DNA of 64,000 nucleotides. Source: Camelus dromedarius (lineage: Eukaryota). Where the stretch lies: the NCBI RefSeq assembly GCF_036321535.1, contig NC_087437.1:77998001-78062000 (forward strand), given 5' to 3'. This document shows positions 37,994-49,845 of the stretch, piece by piece (positions within the stretch are counted from its first letter, which is position 1; every line of letters starts with the position of its first letter). The position numbers and the translations under genes are program-made. The notes under the pieces were generated by a model. It searched no databases. It had not been told where the DNA came from and worked only from the letters and a program-made list of their open reading frames with translations.

Positions 37994-40599
37994 GATGAAA
38001 TCTCACGACTCACGAGCAACTCCCATTCTACAGTATTGAATCAGTCCAAGAGAGACATAAACTTCATCTCTGGGAGCAGAAACATCACAGTATCTTCATC
38101 TAACCTTATGTTTGCCCATTCAAAATCTCTTTTGCCTAATCTAAACCAGTCGACTGTGGATGAATCTATTTCAGAAGAGGAAATGCCATATTGAGGCTCT
38201 TTAGAGTTGAAAAATCTATATTGAAGTAAACATTATAATAAGTATTATTATGCTGATACAGAAATAATTTATACAATATAATGGACCATAAATGATTTCA
38301 GGCCAGTAAATTTTCTCAATCACCCAAATTATCTGTTTTCATTGCAGCTTTATATTTTAATCATTTGGGGAGGAAGTTATTCTAAAATGTATTATATAAT
38401 GATTTACCTTTCTAAACAGAGCATAATGATCATTATATACTCATTTTATTAATGACCCAGAGTCATCAGAATGAGTAATAATTATTATTTGGTGCTATAA
38501 TACAGAAGTATTATTTGTAGTCTGAAGTGAGCAAAACCTTTTCAGTGACTCATTAGTGCAGTACAGTGGGGAACTCAGTATTCTCATGGTGTGATGTGAG
38601 AGAATACCATTCAATAAGGAAGAAGTTGAAAGGTTAAATGATTAAAGCCTGGAGTTAATATTGAGGTGCAAACAACTTATAGATGTACTTGCCTCATGAG
38701 ACCAAAACTCAATATTGCTCTGTTGATTCAAAGTGCTTCTGAGGTAGCTTCACATTTCCCCTTAAAATTAAAGTGAATGGTTGGAAGTGGGCATAACTGT
38801 TACACAAACAACGTCCTCCCCCAGAAAGACGACTCCAGCCCTTCCATTGTTTTCCATCGTTGATTATGTCGAGATGCAGCATTCAGTGAAAATATTCTGC
38901 CCCTCTCAGAGTTGAGGTTATTTTTCACTTATTCTTGGAAAGTCCCCATATTGTTCATCAGCATCACTAAAGCTGTTTTGGTTGAATGTTAGTTGTGGGA
39001 ATACTTTCAATTGTTCTTTAGCTCTGGTGTAGTTTTGGGTGATAAGCAGGCAGTTTCATAAAGGCTAATAAACAAATGTCTCTTGATGGAAAGGACGTTG
39101 CTTTGCTGGACTAATTCCCCTTCTCTCAGTAGAACTGGAAAATTTTAAATAGTGGTGCACACCAGTGGAATTTGTTATGAACCTGATCCAACAGATTTGC
39201 TGCAGAAACCAAATTATTTCTAATTTTAACTGTTCAGGAAGTTTTTCTGACCCAATGTATTCATTCAGTGGTTAAGAACGTAGCATTCAGATCTCACCAC
39301 ACTCATTCCAAATGAAGGAGCATTGCATCCTTTCCAGATTGCATTCCTATTTCCCTCTTTATACCTCTGATCTGATTTGCAATGTCAAGACGTTCCTGGA
39401 GAGCAAAACTGCTCTCGCTTTGTACTTAATGGGAGTTAATCTTAGGGAGACAAACAGAAGTAACAATTTGATCAGAGACAACTAAACCCAACAAATAATA
39501 GCTCCTAGCTCTTTATCACAGTCCAAGTTGGTCTTTGCTAAGTATGTGGAATCCTGTGCATTTCTCTTTTCCCAAAAAGGCCTATTTTTCTAATAGCATT
39601 GCAAAGTGGCCTTGCGGAGGAATGTTCTGTGGCGCTAACTAGTAATAGCTTTTTCTCTGAACTCCAAGCCCTCTTAACTGAGAGACAGATAAAACCCTAT
39701 CATCTACTTCATTTTCTCTAATTCTTTTTTCCTCTTGCCTCTAGGAAAAAAAAAATTAGAAAATAGTTGGCAGCACATTAAGGACACAAAGCAGAGAAAA
39801 ATGTAGGTTCCTGAAATGTTTAAGGGAGATGAAAATCATCTACTTTTGGGAACTGCCTAACGGAATTTAGCTGGTGCATTAGTTATCCAAATTACCTCTT
39901 GCTTTTATCGCACAGACAATATACAGCTGAATTGTTAAATGATGTGCATTTTTTCCCCCAAGAGCAAGATTGGACACTTAATCAGGTCAATAATTATTCA
40001 CGCATTAGCACAGTCTTCTTCTTAAAGTGTAACGGTGACTCACTGGGGATATAGTCATTATTACTGATTAGCAGGAAATTATTTTTGCGCATCAGTGGTT
40101 CATGTGAAAACAGCTAAATTTATTATGCTGAGTTATTTAACAGTTGGATCATGTGAGAACTCTGGTGTTACTGTTCTGATTAAGTCTCTATACATTTACC
40201 AGTAGATAACTATGGAAAACCTATACTGCAGAGTTACTGTTACAGCTGAATTTTGCTATGAACCGTCCTACTTTCTGAAGTTTCAGTACTTGCCTTAGAC
40301 ATTCATAATGTACTTCCACGATAAAGTCCTCTATAGGTAAATTTATTTGAGAAAGAAATGGGAGCAAAAAGGTAAAGAATATAAAAAAGAGTAGAAGATA
40401 AAATATGAACATAGAGAATAAGAATATAAAAGAGAGAAAAAAGTGAATAAGAAAGATGGAATGAGAGAGATACAATTTCACTGTTTGAATTGTTAATTGG
40501 ATAATATTTGATGAAATATCTGAAATTCCCCTTGGTTGGTACAATTAATTTTTAATATTGGAAATAAAAGACCAATCCTGCATTTCATTTCAATTACTT

Positions 40600-42715
40600 T
40601 TACATAGAAAATATTCCAAGAATCTTATTAAAAAATTCTAAGATTATGCCATAAATATATCAGCATATATTGCTAAAAGGTAAGGATTCCTTTTTAAACA
40701 CAGCCACGATATTATCATATCTAAAAAAAATTAGAAATAACCCATTAATATTATCAGATATCAAGTCCATGTGCAAATTTTCCCAGTTACATAATAGCTT
40801 GTTTACAATTGGTCTGTTTAAATCAGTATACAAGTAAGGTCAAAACATTGTATTTATTTTGATATAACTCTTTAGTATCTTTTCATCTTGAGGTTACCCT
40901 TCCTAATAATATTCAATTTATTTGTTGAAAACGAGATTATTTGTATTGTTTGATCTGGTTTAAGCTTGATACTTTTGGCAAAAACGCTTTATATGTGGTG
41001 TTGTATCTTCCATTGGGAGACATAATCTCTGGTTTTCTCTCCTGAGATTATCAGTCAAGTAGTTTGTTAACTTCAGCGTTGGTTTTATGTGGGAGAGACA
41101 TGTTAAACACTTGGTTGTTTCTCTTTCTTTACTACTTTCTAAATAATGAATTAGTTACCAACCATCTTCCAAAGTGATTAATACATTTTTAAATATAGTT
41201 TTGAACTTGTAGATTTTCACATATTTGCTTGTCATCAATCCATTGCACTTTTAATTTTTTTGATACACAAATTGTCCATCATTGGCATAAAGAGGCTTTT
41301 CAAATTGTCTCCTCCATCCTTTGGATATAACCCTGATAGTCTTTGATGGATTCCTTATAATCAGGTATGACCCAATATCCAGAATCATTTTCAACATTTC
41401 CTCTTCTAAACCTGGTGCTAGCCATTGCTCTGATGATTCCTGGTTCCTTTTAGTAGAAAATCATATGTTGAAATAAAAAAATGAAAGCTAGGGCTTTTTT
41501 ATTTGTTGTTTGGTTGGTTTTAAGCAATATTTCTAGGCTTTTTTCTGTTTTTAGTGGACAAGCTTGTAAATATTATTTTTTAAGAAAAAATAAACCATGT
41601 GTTCATAACAACATTTTCAATTTGAATTTACCATTATGGAGTTCCAGTTAATGCCACTGTTTTCATAATTACTTATTTGCTTTTTTACATTTAACATTTA
41701 TAAACAGCTGCTTTAGGCAGTAATAGTTTTTTCCTCCAGCTCTTTTTTTGTCTTTAAGATAAATTTCACTCTGGAGGAACAAATTATTGTGTTTTTAATC
41801 ATTTGAAATTATTTTTGTTTGGTAGTTAGGCCAGCAACTAAATATATGGTAAATTTGGTTTTGCTTCTGAATTTTGGGGATTGCAGTTGTTTCATTTGCA
41901 TATAATTTTACCTTATAATTATAAAATATTTGTATGGCTCAAACATGTACAAAGCAAGTATATTCAGAGAAGTCTAATCTCTGCCATTGGTCCTTCAAAC
42001 ATGTTCCTCTCTCCTCATAGGTAAACATTTTACTAATTTTATGGTTTATCTTCTCATTCTCCCTTTTGAAACTAAACAAGTATTCATAAATGGATAAATG
42101 TTGGCATGACTTTCTTTTTTCACTTAATATTATACCCTGAAGATTACTCTACAGCTGTCTATGGGGCTGTTTCTTCTTCTTTTTAACAGCTGCATTGTAT
42201 TCCATTGTGCAGACTTACTATAGTTTATTCAACCAGTTCTCCATTGATGAAGATGTGTTTGCTTCCAATCTTTAGCTACTACAAATTGGCCTTTATTGAA
42301 TAGCGTTATGCATAATTTTACCCATATTTTTGTCATTGTATTTTTGGGATAGAGTCTTAGAAGTGGGATTTCTGGTCAAAGAACAAATACATATGTTAAA
42401 TTTGCTATTATTCTTTTCCACTATTTTGCATTCTTACCTATAATGTATGAACATACTTTTATGCCACTGCTTCACCAACAGGGTATATTATCAACTTTTT
42501 GGAATTTTACTATATTGGTAAATAAAAAAACAGTATCTCAATACAGTTTAATTTGCATTCATCTTACTAAGATGTTAATTTTTCATTTTTAATGGGTTTT
42601 TGACTTTATTTTTTGGTGGGCTATATGATCATATCTCAAGACTATTTTTATATACAATTATTGTCTTTTTGTGTTCTTTCTTTTTAAAAAAAAAAAACTT
42701 TAAAGTGTATTAGGA
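40600..42715 (-). mobile_element. Decayed L1MC/L1ME fragments
   Basis: T-rich reverse L1 3' motifs: aacagctgcattgtattccattgt, tttattcaaccagttctccattgatg, agaagtgggatttctggtcaaag and gtatctcaatacagtttaatttgcatt. Confidence 0.7.
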
Positions 42716-42717
42716 AT

Positions 42718-43170
42718 TATGGCAGGTTGCAAAACTGACTGCACTTCTTCACTCCTTCCTGCATCCATTCTGTTTACAATATTCTTTTTCAGTTCCTCCT
42801 ATAAAGATGTGGATTCCATTCCTCCCAAGGTTAGGCTTGGGACACGTCTTGGCCAGTAGGATGTAGCAGAAGTGACTGTGTACCGTTTCAAGCGTAGGCC
42901 CCTAGAGACCTTGAATGCTTCTTTCATTTTCTTTGAACCCTGCCTAACTGCCATGTGAGCCAGTCCTGGTTACCCTTCTGAAGGATGAGAGTCCATAAGG
43001 AGCAGGGATAAGCCATCTTTGCTAAGGCCTGGCAACACAAGTGAGCCCAGCAGAAACTAAAAGACCCAAATAACCTGTCCAAAATTCCTCAGAATCAGGA
43101 GCTAAATTGCTTTTGTCTTAAACTTCTAAATTTTGGGATGTTCTGTTATTCAGCTCATTGAAAGGTAATA
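42718..43170 (+). mobile_element. MaLR LTR (MLT1G/H-like)
   Basis: tatggcaggttgcaaaa...ttggccagtaggatgtagcagaagtgactgtgt...tgccatgtgag...gtgagcccagc...aaattttgggatgttctgttattcagc. Confidence 0.75.
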
Positions 43171-44175
43171 GCTCTTTTTCCATGAAGTATTGCAAACATT
43201 TCCCCCAGTTTGTATACAGTATTTATAAATGGCTACACAATTTAGGTTTTTTACTTTGCAATTTTACTTTAACTTTGCTATGTACTTTTGCTTTACTTGT
43301 CCTTTCTGTTTTATTTTCCACATGCAAACGTGGTTTTAAAGAGTAGCAATCATACTGCACTCTTCTGTTTATATTCTTCCTTTTTAATCTAATTATATCT
43401 CATAAACATTTTCATATGTTTCAATATTGTGTTTATAATTACAAATCCTTTTATGTCCTTACTGTAATTTACAAATGCTTTCTTTTTTTGTTGAACATTT
43501 ATTTTATGTTTGTTGCTGTTATAGATAATGCTGTAATAAACAGCATTTTGCTTTATTGAATTGTTTCTTTATGACAAATTGTCATATAGTTTTTCAAATA
43601 ATATAATTTGTAATGCCACCACCAGTAAGTACTGCACTCTTCCTAGTTACAGATTTTTAATGTAAGTATGCCTTTTTCTCAAAGTAATTCTTGGAATTTC
43701 AAATTTTTTCATCATTTTCTTTGGTATTTAGCTAGGTTCCTAAATAACCTATTTTGCCTATCTTCCTAAATTTCAGGTTTTGTGTATTGACTTCCTACTG
43801 TGGAAACTGAAGATTTAGTTCTGTTAAACCCCTTTCACATGCTGATGTTCCCCTCACAGCTATGTGTCATCACCTCTTCCCGCCTAACAAACCCACTTCT
43901 TAACATTTAAGTTGAATCATTATTTAGAGTTTTAAATTGTTATGACTATGTGTATATTGTTTAATTCAGAGCCAAATGGAGCACTGTTATTAAATTTTTT
44001 GTGTGTGTACAACTTGTTTTTATTTTGTGGAGTTAATTGCCCTTTATTATTGTTGTTATTTTGTTTTCTTATGATCCCTGGCTAAATTTTCCATACTATT
44101 TAACACTTCTCAGTCTCATTTTCCACTAAGCCAAAGTTGTCGAATAATCTATTCTATTTTTTGGAATCAGAATTT

Positions 44176-44353
44176 TAGTACCAGCACCATCCTGTTGTGA
44201 TTACTGTAGCTTTGTAGTGTAGTCAGAAGTCAGGGAGTGTGCTTCCTTCGGCTCTGTTCTTCTTTCTCAAGGTTGTTTTGGCTATTTGGAGTCCTTTGTG
44301 TTTGCATAAAAATTATAAAATGATTTGTTCTAGTTCTCTGAAAAATGCCACTG
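44176..44353 (-). mobile_element. Younger L1 ORF2 fragment
   Basis: gattactgtagctttgtagtgtagtcagaagtcagggagtgtg...gctctgttcttctttctcaag...ttggctatt...tttgttctagttct. Confidence 0.85.
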
Positions 44354-47300
44354 ATCTGAAATAATCTTACTTTGGTAGCATATTGACTTGGAGTTGTAGG
44401 TTTACTATTTCTTTTATTTCTTTAAGGACAATAAAATATTTTTAAAAATTTAAATTTTGCTTCTTAAATTGCCTTGGTTGCTTTTTTCCCCTGTAAGTTT
44501 TCATTTTTATTTATATTAGAGACTTTCCATAATTGGCTAGTGGTCCTTGGCCTCCCATTTACATTAAGAGTGAGGTGCTGAGTTTACTGGAGCTCTGTTT
44601 TCTCAGGTGGGGCGTTTATTGGTGTGAGAGCTCAGTTTTCTCCTTGTGTTTGAGGGGATCCCCTATTGTCAGTATTGGTGGGATTTTTTTTTTCCCTTTT
44701 GATCTGTTTTATTTTTTCTTCCATAGCCTGCCTGGAGATTTAGACCTGGATGTTATTAGTCTAGGCACCAGGAGAGGGAAAGGGCTCATGAACTGAATAT
44801 TTAGTCATTGAGTTATCACTTAAATTTCATTTTTAGTACCTTACTTACCTTTTCCCCTCACCTGTGCCTTACCTTCTTAGATGAGATGCTCTGTTATCCA
44901 ACTTTCCAGAGGATAAACCCTTCATCTTTAGCACGGGTAAGAGAGAGATAATTACTGGGCTGTTTGGGATGAGAGAGGATATAGCAGTTCTTTTTAAAGA
45001 CTCAGCCACTTATCCTGTTTTCTGCTCTACCTTGCACCTTCATAGAAGTAACTGATCCCTGCAATTTCTCTGGCTCCTGTGGTGTGAAACTGCTAGAGTC
45101 TGGTTTTTAATCCCCCTTCTCATCACGCACAAGCATCTTCCATTCAGGTCTCCTAAATCATGCTGCCTATTTGACTTCCAGTTTCTAAAATTTAATTAAC
45201 ATCCCTACATTGCTCTAGCTTTCTTTGACTTTGTGAGTCTATCCTTTTTGAATTGCTACAGGTTTCGTGTGTGTGTGTGTATTTTAGATGGAAAAGAAAT
45301 AAATGCATATATTAAATTCACAACACTTGACCAGAAGATTCTAAGTAGATTTCTTTCATAAGCAAAAATCAGATGCTAAAGAATCCTTCCATGGACAGAC
45401 CAGATAATAAAGCCTTTAGTGGGAATGGAAATTCTGCATTTATATTAATTCTCCCTGGACTTTTTCCTATATTTATTCTTCATAGATTGGCACTTAGTAG
45501 GATTGGTTTATTCTAGAGTTGTATATTTTTCTGTTCTCCCTCTCTTACTGTACTCAGTATTAAAAATGTGCTGATACTATTTTATCCTACATGCCTCACC
45601 TTTAACTCTCTTTCCATGGATAAGATCAATATTATCTAAATATTATAAACCTTGTTGCTCACATTCCGAATTCTAGTTCTGTGTTCTGTAACTTGGCTGA
45701 GTCCACTTATTGAATCTGTGCTCCTGAAGTTACTCTACTACAATATCTATTTTCAGAAATACCACTTTTTCGTCTCCCTTTGAAATTTTATTTCCTTTCT
45801 AACATAATTTATTTTAAGATAATAAATGTACTAAATATTTATATAATTTATGTTTTATTAATTATACACACAAGTTATTCTATCCCTGTATTTTCCTTTG
45901 TACCTAAAAACAAATTGTAAGAGCTTAGCAAGTGTGAAACATTGAAGACAGAGGGAGAGCAAGAGTGTGGAAAGATTAGGGAATGAGAACTTATCAGGCA
46001 CAGAGATGCACAGAAAGAAAAACAGAAGAAAAATAACAAGGTAGTCATCATGGGTAGAATTACCCACTGATGTAAAATAATGATATTTGTTTTCATTTAA
46101 CTATATCACATAACATATAAAACTTGACTTTTTTTTTCCCCTTCTTTCAAGATGAACTGTTGGAATATTATTGCTAAATGATATAGATTGGTACAAAGTC
46201 ACTAGTGAAATCCAGAACTTCATACCTAACAGAGTGCTTTCTTAAAAAGTTCATATAAATGGGACCAGAAGACAGAATATATTGCAATATATTCTGTTCC
46301 TAATGTCCATGGAACACAAGTAAAGCATTTGCCAAATGTCAAAATACCAAATAGGTTACTTGAAATGAAGAACTTCTTTCTGAAGATGTTTATACAATTT
46401 TATGCTAACATCCCTCTGCTTGTGAAGCTCTCTGGAGGGAAAAGAGTTCACAAAATTACCTATAGAAGTCTCTTTAATATACTTGTCATTAAAATTTTTT
46501 CAGTAAATTGCTTTGTTATGAAAAGCACTAAGTAAAATGCCTATCTATCCTACAATAGCTTTAAAATGAAACAAAATGAGTTATACAGGTAGAAAGAAAA
46601 ACAAACATATTCAAGGTATGCTTTTAAGTAAATAAAAGATGATTAAATGCCTCCTGGCTCTGTTGCTGGTCCAGTATGATCAAAAGCACTGTTATCTAGT
46701 TTGAGAATATCTGCTTGTTCTTGAGTGGATGACAGTAAAACCTGAAAGAATGTCCTTTGTGTTTCCATTTGGAAACTTGTTCTATGACTTCACCTTCCAC
46801 CCCTTTTGTTTTTGGACAAGCAAATCTATTTTCCTTCATATATTTTTTTGTTTGTCTAAGTCAAGAATCAAAACCCTAGATTCTTGAAGACAATAGGTTC
46901 ATAAATCAACCAGGCTTGGGAAATGGATATTTTAACTTTCTACTTCTTTCCTTATAATATTTTTAATTTTAATCCTGGTGGCACCTTGCCCCTGGTCACC
47001 AAATCATTTGCTTTATAGTGATTCAACTTAAGATACTATGTTTTCATTTTATACATATAAAAATTTCCAGAAAAGATATATAAAAACATTCACACTTTTT
47101 AGGGTTTAATATTCTAAGAGAAAAAATAATGTACAGTGTTGTCCTCCATTTTCATTTGTCAAATATTTCCTTTACTCTTTATCCTTCCTAAATTCTATCA
47201 GTGCTTTCCCCCCGCCTGCTGGGCTGTCTGCTCCAATATGAACAGGGATTCTATTTTAGTTCACTGGTATATCCCAAGCATTTAATAACCTATCTTTCAG

Positions 47301-47819
47301 ATAGTAGTCACTCAGTAAGTAATCAATTATAAAATGCATGGGTCCTGCCCTTTCATAAAGGACACATGATACTTGCTCTTTACTTTTCATACTTTGTAAT
47401 ACTGATTTAACATTTTTAAATTACTGGAGTTGAAAATGAAAAAAAAAAAAAAAAAGATTGCTGAGTTGCTTTTTCAACCAGAGTGATACATGTTCAGTGA
47501 GTAACAATAACAGGACTACCTTATTTCACAGATTTAAAAAATAATTTGCCATCTCCCCACCCCTACCACACACATGTTAACATGTCTGATATCTGATTAA
47601 GGAGCATGACTACAATTAGTTGAACTCCTATTGCATGTTAATGCACATGAAGTCTTATTTTTTTCTATTTTTCAGATGAGGAAATTTAGGTCCAAAAGTT
47701 AAGCACCTCACCAGAGTTATGTATCTAGTAAATGGTGGTATCTGAGCGTTATTGTTCTGGCCCAGAGATTGCGTTTTTTTTTTTTTTTTTTTTTTTTACA
47801 TAAATTAAAGATACATCTA

Positions 47820-47957
47820 GGCAACCGTACTCAATATCTTGTAGTAACCTATAATGAAAAATAATTCGAAAAGGAATCATTATGTATATGTATGCTGTAC
47901 ACAAGAAATTCACATATCATTGTAAATTGATGATGTGTCAATAAAAAAAGAAAAACT
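47820..47957 (+). mobile_element. 5'-truncated cetartiodactyl-type L1 3' tail with a perfect 12-bp TSD
   Basis: TSD aagatacatcta at 47808-47819 and 47958-47969. Body ctcaatatcttgtagtaacctataatgaaaa...tgctgtacac...cattgtaaa...caataaaaaaa. Confidence 0.92.
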
Positions 47958-48619
47958 AAGATACATCTATTGACCATGTGTGAAGTACACCTGGACAGAA
48001 CTCTGAAGTTGTAGAAATAGAATCATATATGCTGGAGTTGGAAGAAAATTGAGAGAGCATCTATTCCAATTCCCTTATTTTGTAGATAAGAAAAGAATTC
48101 CGGTTAGGTTAAGTGCTCTAGGTAATAAATCTAGAAATTTGCAGACATAGAGCTAGGTCAAAAATCATGTATACTTGTAGTAACAAATTCAAATACTACA
48201 GAAGTATATAAAGAAAACCCCCAAATCTCACTATGCCCCATCCCGGACATATTCTACATTTCATAGATAGACGATACATCCTCCAGTTTTCAAGTAGCAC
48301 TCAAAAATAGGGTTCATGATGCAAGATCTATAAAGCTCATTCTTAAAATTATTTTGGAAGTCAAAAGGAACATATTAGTGCACATAGAATCTTCTGTTAC
48401 CTTATTAAGGGAAGATGAATTGATGAAGAAAATGGAAGACTTTCAAAATATCTATTATGTACTAGGAACTCTTCATGCCTTAACTCATTTAACCTACATC
48501 ACAAAGTTTTGAGATGAGAACTAGCTACCTTTATTATCATTTTATGAACGAGGTAACAAGAATTTAGAGAGGTCTGGCAACTTACCAAAAGTGTAAGGAT
48601 GGAACAGTTGAGGACTTGG

Positions 48620-49151
48620 GCTCTGTGGCAGTGAAGATTTGGGTCATTCAAACCCTGGTTAATTGAGGTTCTGGCTGATGGTAGAGGTAATAACTAACGG
48701 TCACTGGAAGAAGGAAGCCAAAGGTATTAGTTAAAGTCCCTACGCCAATTATAGAAATGAGGACTGTAGAAGCTTTGCATAATGTTATTTGTTTTCTCTA
48801 TGTTTGTGTGTGTGTATATGTGTGTGTGCGTGTATATGTGTGTGTGCACTTGTTTGTATGCTATTTTCTTTATCTCTTGGCTTCTTCTCCTTGTGTCATA
48901 TGCGTATTATTAGTAGCTAAATTTACAATTTAGCTTTTAGGGGACTCTTACTATTCAGTAGGACTCTTACTGAATTTGCCAGTGATGGATACAAAGACTT
49001 TTTGGATTGTCTCATTTTGGGGAAGGAATAAAATCTTTTTTAAGAAGCGTAGCTATACACTGTTACATAGTGATATAAAGTATTTTATTGTATGGGAGTT
49101 AACATGTGAGCAGCAGGGAACATGTAGAAGTTAAGAGTCAAAGGCATGGAC
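48620..49151 (+). mobile_element. ERVL internal 3' end abutting an LTR
   Basis: gaagatttgggtca...gaggttctggctgatggtagagg...gaagaagg...agaaatgaggactgta resembles the ERVL integrase C-terminal region. Ends in a PPT-like gtcaaaggcatggac before TG. Confidence 0.7.
48804..48847 (+). repeat. Imperfect (TG)n microsatellite
   Basis: tgtgtgtgtgtatatgtgtgtgtgcgtgtatatgtgtgtgtg. Confidence 0.9.
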
Positions 49152-49845
49152 TGTGCTCCTTAGCTATCTATTGCATATCAGCTCCAAATTAACCTTTTTG
49201 CTTGCTCTGTGAAAATGGATCTGAGCCCTCTGGTGACTGGCACAGTGTTAAGCTTTGTCAGTCCAGAGGCGTGGAGAGAGGAATGCGGAAGGTAGGGCTT
49301 TATTTTCTGGTTTTGGAGTGCTCGATCAGCAGTCTCCCATAAGGGATGGCTTCTTCCTTGCTTGGCTTCTGCAGCTCCTGAAGTGTGCAGCTGCTTCGGC
49401 AGTTCCCCGCCTGCAGTGCACGGCAGCCAGCAGCACGCAGTGGCCAGCAGCTTCCACTTGGGTGGTTTCTGCAGCACCTCCCCGTGAACAGCTTTCCCAA
49501 GCACGTTAGAGCACAGATTTCCAGCAAGTTCTGCCAGCTAGGTACCACAGCAAATTCTCTGCCATTTACCAGTCATGGCTGTGCCCTCTCCTTTAAGATC
49601 TGTTTCTTAGTCCGGAGGGACTTAAATCTGGAGGGATGGCGGGGAGGCATTCTTTAAGCTGTTCTATCTCAGTCCTAAGGACAGTGACTGCTTCTCATAT
49701 TCCTATACGTTTTAGAGTTCTCTCTACTTTTCATTAGCCAATACCTCCTTACTCCAGTCCCTCATTGTAGTTAATAATTCACTCATTAATCTTTCCCTTT
49801 TCAAATTACTGTGTGGTTTCTCCTGATTAAACTCAAGACTGTCTG
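49152..49845 (+). mobile_element. LTR41-like ERVL LTR
   Basis: tgtgc...tattgcatatcagctccaaatt...tgctctgtgaaaatgga...ctggcacagtgttaagctttgtcagt; 3' end tcaaattactgtgtggtttctcctgatt. Confidence 0.75.

Noticed and set aside
49178..49657. Overlapping ORFs of 82-108 aa
   Set aside because: They fall inside a GC-rich LTR41-like LTR.
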